From NCBI GenBank assembly GCA_028719205.1, contig JAQUKH010000004.1:38332-102331 (forward strand): a stretch of 64,000 bases of DNA, in the 5' to 3' direction. This DNA is from a bacterium. GTDB lineage: Bacteria > JACRDZ01 > JAQUKH01. Shown one piece after another: positions 59,160-64,000 of the stretch. Each line of letters opens with the position of its first letter. The first letter of the stretch is position 1. The notes beneath the pieces are model-generated. The model did no database searches. It saw only the letters and a program-made list of their open reading frames with translations, and was not told where the DNA came from. Position numbers and translations under genes: made by a program.

Positions 59160-60594
59160 CCTGCAAATAAATAGTAAACAGGAAATCTTAATACTTGGGG
59201 CGGGCCCTGCAGGAATGTCAGCTTCGTTTGAATTACATAAAGCTGCTAAAGCCGCTATGATCATTGAAAAAAACGAATATATCGGCGGATTAGCCGCTAC
59301 ATTACAGTATGGAGAGTTTAAAACAGATATAGGCCCCCACCGGTTTTTCAGCCACAACAAATATTTATATGATTTAATAGAAGATTTACTTTTGGAAAGA
59401 TGGATTAAAGTTAATCGATTGACAAGATTTTATATTAACGGCAAATTTTTTTTATACCCGATCCAATTAAAAGATGCCTTTAGCAATATTGGCCTTCATA
59501 AAACCTTCAAAGTTGCAGCCGATTATTCATTTCAGAAAATTAAGAATATCCTCGTTGGGAAAAAGGCTGAATCTTTTGAAGAACAGGCGGTCGCTGATTT
59601 CGGCAGGATACTGGCTGAGCTAAATATACTTAATTATACTGAAAAAATATGGGGATTGCCCTGTTCTGAAATCTCTCCTGACTGGCTGAAACAAAGAATT
59701 GAAGGGCTTTCCGTAATGGAAATAATCAAAAAAACGCTTACAAGTTCAAAAACAAAAAAAGGCCCTAAAACTTTAGTTGAACAGTTTTATTATCCCGATA
59801 CAGGAACAAATTCAATTTATGAAAAAATGCAGGAAAGGATATTAACCGGCGGGAGCATTATTCACCTTAAAAGTTATCCTGTGAAAATATTTCATAATAA
59901 TAAAAAAATAACCGAGATAATTATGAATATCAACGGTAATGATCAAATTATAATTCCTGATTATGTTATTTCTTCGATTCCTATCACAGAAATTATTAAT
60001 ATTATGGAACCGAAAGCGCCTGATGAGGTTCTAAAGGCAAATAAAAAATTAAGATACAGGTCACACATATCCCTTTTCATAACACTTGATAAGCCATCTG
60101 TTTTTCCCGATCAATGGATATATTTTCCGGATAAAGAAATACCTTTTTGCAGGATCATGGAACCAAAAAATTTTAGCAAGAAAATGTCTCCCTTATCAAG
60201 AACCTCCCTGGTTGTAGAATTTTTCTGCTGGGAAAATGATAAAATCTGGAATGCAAACAAGGAAGAATTATTTGATTTAAGTATTAAATGGCTGGAAAAA
60301 CTTAATTTTATTAAAGAAAAAGAAATTATTGAAGGATTTATCCATAAAGAAAAATATGCTTACCCTCTTTATGATCTAAACTATAAAGATCATTTATCAA
60401 TATTAAAAAATTATCTAAAACAATTCAAAAATCTTCAATGTATTGGCAGAGCGGGCAGCTTTAAATATAATAATCAGGACCATGCTTTAGAAATGGGAAT
60501 ATTGGCAGCACGGAATATAATAGAAGGGGAAAAAAACAATATTGAAGATGTTGGGACAGAACAAGAATATTTTGAAAAAGGATATATAAAATAA
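59146..60594 (+). CDS. FAD/NAD(P)-binding oxidoreductase of the UDP-galactopyranose mutase / amine-oxidase superfamily (482 aa).
   Basis: N-terminal Rossmann fold ILILGAGPAGMSASFEL, with IIEKNEYIGGLAAT...GPHRFFSHNKYLYDLIEDL as in the UGM/protox-like flavoenzyme N-terminal motif. Confidence 0.65.
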   Translation: MKSRNLQINSKQEILILGAGPAGMSASFELHKAAKAAMIIEKNEYIGGLAATLQYGEFKTDIGPHRFFSHNKYLYDLIEDLLLERWIKVNRLTRFYINGKFFLYPIQLKDAFSNIGLHKTFKVAADYSFQKIKNILVGKKAESFEEQAVADFGRILAELNILNYTEKIWGLPCSEISPDWLKQRIEGLSVMEIIKKTLTSSKTKKGPKTLVEQFYYPDTGTNSIYEKMQERILTGGSIIHLKSYPVKIFHNNKKITEIIMNINGNDQIIIPDYVISSIPITEIINIMEPKAPDEVLKANKKLRYRSHISLFITLDKPSVFPDQWIYFPDKEIPFCRIMEPKNFSKKMSPLSRTSLVVEFFCWENDKIWNANKEELFDLSIKWLEKLNFIKEKEIIEGFIHKEKYAYPLYDLNYKDHLSILKNYLKQFKNLQCIGRAGSFKYNNQDHALEMGILAARNIIEGEKNNIEDVGTEQEYFEKGYIK

Positions 60595-60618
60595 TAAAAT
60601 GTTATTTTCCCCGATGGC

Positions 60619-61785
60619 TCATTTATAAAAAACAATATTATCATAATCCACATCATCACCATCGCTGGGCGGTTCATCTATGATATTTATTTCCTTAATA
60701 GGAGCCCCGGTTGAGACAATGCCCATAAATGCCCTGTATTGCGTATATTCTCCTGAAAGGTTCGCGGTCGCTATTATATTCCCGTTAGGATCCTTGAATT
60801 GAAAAGTCGGTTTCATGCTGTCTATAACATCCAATCCGACAGCTTTAACGGCAGTATTAAACGTAATAATTAAATTATCATGCTGGTAATAAATTTGCTG
60901 CGGATCAAAAGGAAAATTTCCGACTGAAAGCGATTTGCTGGTATTCCAGAAAAGCCCTCCCGGCGCTATATATAAAGGATACCCCTGCGGATTTGAAAAA
61001 GTCAAGCCTTTATAAGCATAATAAGCGCTGTTAAAAACCGGTGCTCCGGCGGTAGTATTTCCTGAAGCGGCTGGAGCATCCTCAAAATCAATTAACGTAC
61101 CTGTCCCTAATGAAACCACGGCGGATTTAAAAATATTCGGGTCTGTATAGATCATAAAGCTGCCGGTTATCGTCCCGCCGCCCGTTATTCCTTTATTTAT
61201 GGTAAATGTTCCATCCGTGCGGTACGCAACGCCATTGCGCGTAATTATGGTTTCAAATGTACCTGTAATCGTATTTCCGTTTACGATACCATTTCCCTGG
61301 TCGGTGACCGGCCATGAACCATTATCATTTACAACTCCACCGTTTATCCATGTAACATTATTTCCACTGACCGTTCCGCTGTTTGAATTAAATACTCCTC
61401 TATTCCTTACATTAACTGCTTCCCATTGACAAGTTGCTGTAATATTGTTATTAGACTGATAAAATGTAATACCTAATGTTCCTGACGCTAACTGAGGATG
61501 ATCAGGGTCATTTGTCGATGTTTCATTAAAAGTCCCCTGCCAGTTACCATTAATGTTTATTGGCGCGGGGCCGGTTATACCGCCTCCGGTATATCCTCCG
61601 CCTGTATTCCCACCACCGGTATAACCTCCGCCGGTTGTGCCGCCGCCGGTATAACCTCCGTTTGTATTAGTATTCCCCGTGGGATTATTATTGTCCCCCG
61701 GGAGTGTGCAGCCATGAAATACCATTATTGAAACAAAACATAAAAATATCGAAATTATTTTAAATTTTTTATATGACATGATCAC
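60619..61785 (-). CDS. Lipoprotein with tandem (YTGGG)n Gly-rich repeats (388 aa).
   Basis: Lipobox VFHGC. GGYTGGGTTGGGYTGGGNTGGGYTGGGITG, encoded by degenerate tandem DNA repeats at about 61570-61680. Confidence 0.5.
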   Translation of the reverse strand: MIMSYKKFKIISIFLCFVSIMVFHGCTLPGDNNNPTGNTNTNGGYTGGGTTGGGYTGGGNTGGGYTGGGITGPAPININGNWQGTFNETSTNDPDHPQLASGTLGITFYQSNNNITATCQWEAVNVRNRGVFNSNSGTVSGNNVTWINGGVVNDNGSWPVTDQGNGIVNGNTITGTFETIITRNGVAYRTDGTFTINKGITGGGTITGSFMIYTDPNIFKSAVVSLGTGTLIDFEDAPAASGNTTAGAPVFNSAYYAYKGLTFSNPQGYPLYIAPGGLFWNTSKSLSVGNFPFDPQQIYYQHDNLIITFNTAVKAVGLDVIDSMKPTFQFKDPNGNIIATANLSGEYTQYRAFMGIVSTGAPIKEINIIDEPPSDGDDVDYDNIVFYK

Positions 61786-61896
61786 TCCTCCTTTTGATAA
61801 CTATTTATTCTATTTATATATATGCTCTAAATAGAAAATCGTTAAGTGTGAAAAATATCAGCGATCCAGGTAAATATTATCGGCTTATTAGATTTT

Positions 61897-62964
61897 TTAT
61901 TTAAATTTTTTGATCAAATAATTATCAATTTCCCTGTTGTTTTCAGGCCTCCACCCTAATGCTTTTTCCCATACCTCCTGGCTTTCCATGCAAAGATAAA
62001 CAGGAATTTCCCGCCCGTACTTTTTAATTTCATCGGATATTTTCTTGAACATCTTAATACGGATCGGTTTAAAATAACGCATTTTGTTGTCAAGTCCCGG
62101 CAGGAGTTCACCATAAATGATTTTTGTTGAAGGTGTTTTTTTCTTGATGTTTTCTTCCATTCCGGATACAAAACGAAGAGCCCCTAAACTTATCCATGCT
62201 ATCCGCCCGGGGTGAACATATTTAAATATTTGATCAATTACCTCTGTATATTCTTTTTCCCATCCTTCATAATTGATCAGCGGGTCAAAATGAAACCCGA
62301 TCCAATAACCTTTTTCTTCACATTTTTTCGCGGCCGCCAGCCTTTTTTCCAGTGTTGGCGTGTTTTTCTCTTCGGTTTGAATTACACGCGGAGTATTTAA
62401 CGACCAGGAGACAATTATTTTATCTTTTGGATCAACAGATAAAAGTTTTTCTACTTCATTTGATTTTGTTTTAAGTTCAAGAACCGCGTTTTTCTTTGAT
62501 GAAAAATAATTTATCAGTTCTTTATTAATATCAAGATAGTCATCAATCGCCAAACTGTCCGAAAATTCTCCGGTACCGATACGGTAAAATCTTTCAGGCG
62601 AACGGTTTAAAAATACTTCCAATTCCGCGAACATTTCATTGATATTCGCAAAGATATTAAAATTCGGAAATTCATATGTCTGCAGGGCGCAATAACTGCA
62701 GGAAAAAGGACATCCCTGAACCAGGTTGATTATCCAATAATTACAGCAAAGATAATTTCTGGTCCCTGGACAAAGTCTTAAAAATTTACCTTTATGTTTT
62801 GTTAGATGCCAAACGCTTGTTGTAGGAACGGTTCGCGAATCATCCGTACGTTTATCAACAATTTCAACCAAATCAGGATATTCCAACTGTATTTTTTTTG
62901 AAAGAGGCAGTTCCAAAACATCTTCATCAATATAAATTTTTTGAGGTTTAAAATCAGAAATCAT
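61897..62964 (-). CDS. Radical SAM protein of the spore-photoproduct-lyase/DNA-photolyase-like (SplB, COG1533) family.
   Basis: CxxxCxxC cluster LVQGCPFSCSYCALQ. The length and the C-terminal region are consistent with SplB-like enzymes. Confidence 0.55.
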   Translation of the reverse strand: MISDFKPQKIYIDEDVLELPLSKKIQLEYPDLVEIVDKRTDDSRTVPTTSVWHLTKHKGKFLRLCPGTRNYLCCNYWIINLVQGCPFSCSYCALQTYEFPNFNIFANINEMFAELEVFLNRSPERFYRIGTGEFSDSLAIDDYLDINKELINYFSSKKNAVLELKTKSNEVEKLLSVDPKDKIIVSWSLNTPRVIQTEEKNTPTLEKRLAAAKKCEEKGYWIGFHFDPLINYEGWEKEYTEVIDQIFKYVHPGRIAWISLGALRFVSGMEENIKKKTPSTKIIYGELLPGLDNKMRYFKPIRIKMFKKISDEIKKYGREIPVYLCMESQEVWEKALGWRPENNREIDNYLIKKFK

Positions 62965-63409
62965 TTTTTCTCATATAAAATATTTCTATATCCCCGCATT
63001 CATATTTACAGGTTTTATAGATTTTATATCCCAGTTTTTGATATAAATGGATATTTTTACTGCTTTTAGTCCCGGAAAAAAGTTCAAAATAATCCGGTTT
63101 AAAATATTTCTCGATCTCTTTCAAAAGAAAAGAACCAATTCCCTGTCTCTGATAATCCGGATGCACAGCCAGCCTTCCCACATGGCACACCCCGGCTTCT
63201 TCACACGCACGCACAGAACCGATAATTTTATCTTCGTTAACTGCTTTTAAAAATATATGCGTATTAAATTGTTCTTTTACTGAATCGATCGTTTGTGTAA
63301 GCGGTGGGATATCATAATTGTTATAAAGTTCAGCCTCACTTTGATAAGCAAGTTTTTGTATGGCAAGAATTTCTTCCGCGTCTTTTATATCCGCTTTTAA
63401 TATTTTCAT
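62954..63409 (-). CDS. GNAT family N-acetyltransferase.
   Basis: Acetyl-CoA-binding motif VGRLAVHPDYQRQGIGSFLLKEIE. Confidence 0.8.
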   Translation of the reverse strand: MKILKADIKDAEEILAIQKLAYQSEAELYNNYDIPPLTQTIDSVKEQFNTHIFLKAVNEDKIIGSVRACEEAGVCHVGRLAVHPDYQRQGIGSFLLKEIEKYFKPDYFELFSGTKSSKNIHLYQKLGYKIYKTCKYECGDIEIFYMRKNDF

Positions 63410-63434
63410 AATAAATTCAACTTTAACAAATTAA

Positions 63435-63620
63435 TTTTCAAGATTTCTTTTTGCGTCTATAAAAACGCTTTTTGTTAATAAATCTTGGCGAAATTTTGGA
63501 ATTTCGATTTTCACGAACCCAGATTTGCTACTTGATAGGATTGTGGAAATCGTCCAAAATGAGCCTTAGATTTATCAAAAACGTTTTGGGTTTAAGCAAA
63601 AAGAGATTTTGAAAATTTAA
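63435..63620 (+). repeat. 185-bp MITE-like palindromic repeat, copy B.
   Basis: About 93% identical to 45217-45401. It fills the gap between two minus-strand genes, and its terminus contains the stop codon of the upstream gene. Confidence 0.55.
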
Positions 63621-64000
63621 GGTTTAGTGCCGATAGTATACAATACCTCAACATCAAGCCATATACCTTCTTTTGTGGCAAGCGCGTCAATTTCTTTCAT
63701 ATGTTCTTTTTTAAATTTTTCAAGATCCGTTGGAGATAACTGGCTGACTAACCTTCGGAAACCCGCGTACCAGACTATATTCCACCATTCCTCAGCGTTT
63801 TTTAAATAATAACCATGATTTTTTCGCTCCACACGGATATCATTAAGCCCGGCGTTTTTATATAATGAAGCGGCTCTTTCTTCAGTAGCAATTTGTTTCC
63901 ATGTCTGCGGAGGGATCTCAACACCGTATTTCCGGAGGCGGTTATTAAATAGTTCAGCTAAAGGCAAAAAGTTATTCTCATGAAAATGGGAAATAATTAT
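63617..64000 (-). CDS. C-terminal part of a longer protein of unknown function that continues beyond the window end.
   Basis: Open frame running to the window edge. Ends ...TIGTKP at 63617. Confidence 0.35.
   Translation of the reverse strand: MIISHFHENNFLPLAELFNNRLRKYGVEIPPQTWKQIATEERAASLYKNAGLNDIRVERKNHGYYLKNAEEWWNIVWYAGFRRLVSQLSPTDLEKFKKEHMKEIDALATKEGIWLDVEVLYTIGTKP

Noticed and set aside
1-64000. Searched for CRISPR arrays, rRNA genes, group I/II introns and IS-element transposases.
   Set aside because: No regularly spaced direct repeats with unique spacers, no rRNA-like conserved blocks, and no DDE or HUH transposase-like ORFs were found. The only recombinase is the tyrosine integrase at 53557-54765.

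Overview
This is an AT-rich chromosomal window (roughly 35-40% GC by eye, lower in places) from a diderm bacterium; porins, lipoproteins and outer-membrane beta-barrels support that. It looks like an uncultivated lineage, but I cannot name it from sequence alone. All protein identifications below are motif-level readings by eye, not database hits.

- **1-10 kb, pilin cluster:** a divergently arranged cluster of class-III-signal-peptide (prepilin-type) proteins. Two are giant pilin-like adhesins (794 and 1005 aa), one carries Asp-rich calcium-binding repeats, and two have PilX-N-terminal-like domains. No pilus ATPase or platform genes lie in the window.
- **10.5-12.4 kb:** a ParA/MinD ATPase followed by a degenerate ParA/MinD-like paralogue that has lost the P-loop but carries a ParB-like N-terminal RGLGRGL peptide.
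- **12.5-15 kb:** a lipoprotein and a U32-family peptidase.
- **15-27 kb, phosphate regulon:** phoU, then two tandem pst operons (pstS-C-A-B-B-phoU and porin-pstS-C-A-B) with three PstB ATPases in total. Downstream sit a PsiE-like membrane protein, a single-domain response regulator and a metallophosphoesterase. An identical 23-nt direct-repeat Pho-box-like motif occurs at two of the pst sites, with a variant copy upstream of the PsiE-like gene.
- **27-31.6 kb:** ZnuABC/TroABC-like metal importer, an outer-membrane protein, a small His/Cys membrane protein and a cation-diffusion-facilitator (CDF) transporter.
- **31.7-36 kb, metal-resistance operon:** arsR, an unannotated 55-aa Cys-rich protein, a P1B-type ATPase with a CPC motif, and an ACR3 arsenite efflux transporter.
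- **36-40 kb:** a PhoR/PhoB-like two-component system and an H+-translocating pyrophosphatase.
- **40-46 kb:** a TPR protein, tRNA-Gln, pmbA/tldD, 5-formyltetrahydrofolate cyclo-ligase and tRNA-Glu.
- **46.2-55.0 kb:** an AT-rich integrative element of about 8.8 kb inserted at the 3' end of tRNA-Glu, with 26-bp att direct repeats, a tyrosine integrase, an AlpA-like excisionase and a DnaB-like helicase. Its cargo includes a DUF4062/AlbA_2/HATPase_c_4 protein and two lipoproteins.
- **55-64 kb:** an FKBP isomerase, a C39-like lipoprotein, a 65-aa Cys-rich protein, a large polytopic membrane protein with a UGM/amine-oxidase-like flavoenzyme, a Gly-repeat lipoprotein, a radical SAM (SplB-like) protein and a GNAT acetyltransferase.

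Repetitive DNA families: two REP-like palindromic families lying between cistrons, and a 185-bp MITE-like palindromic element in two copies. No rRNA or CRISPR array was found.
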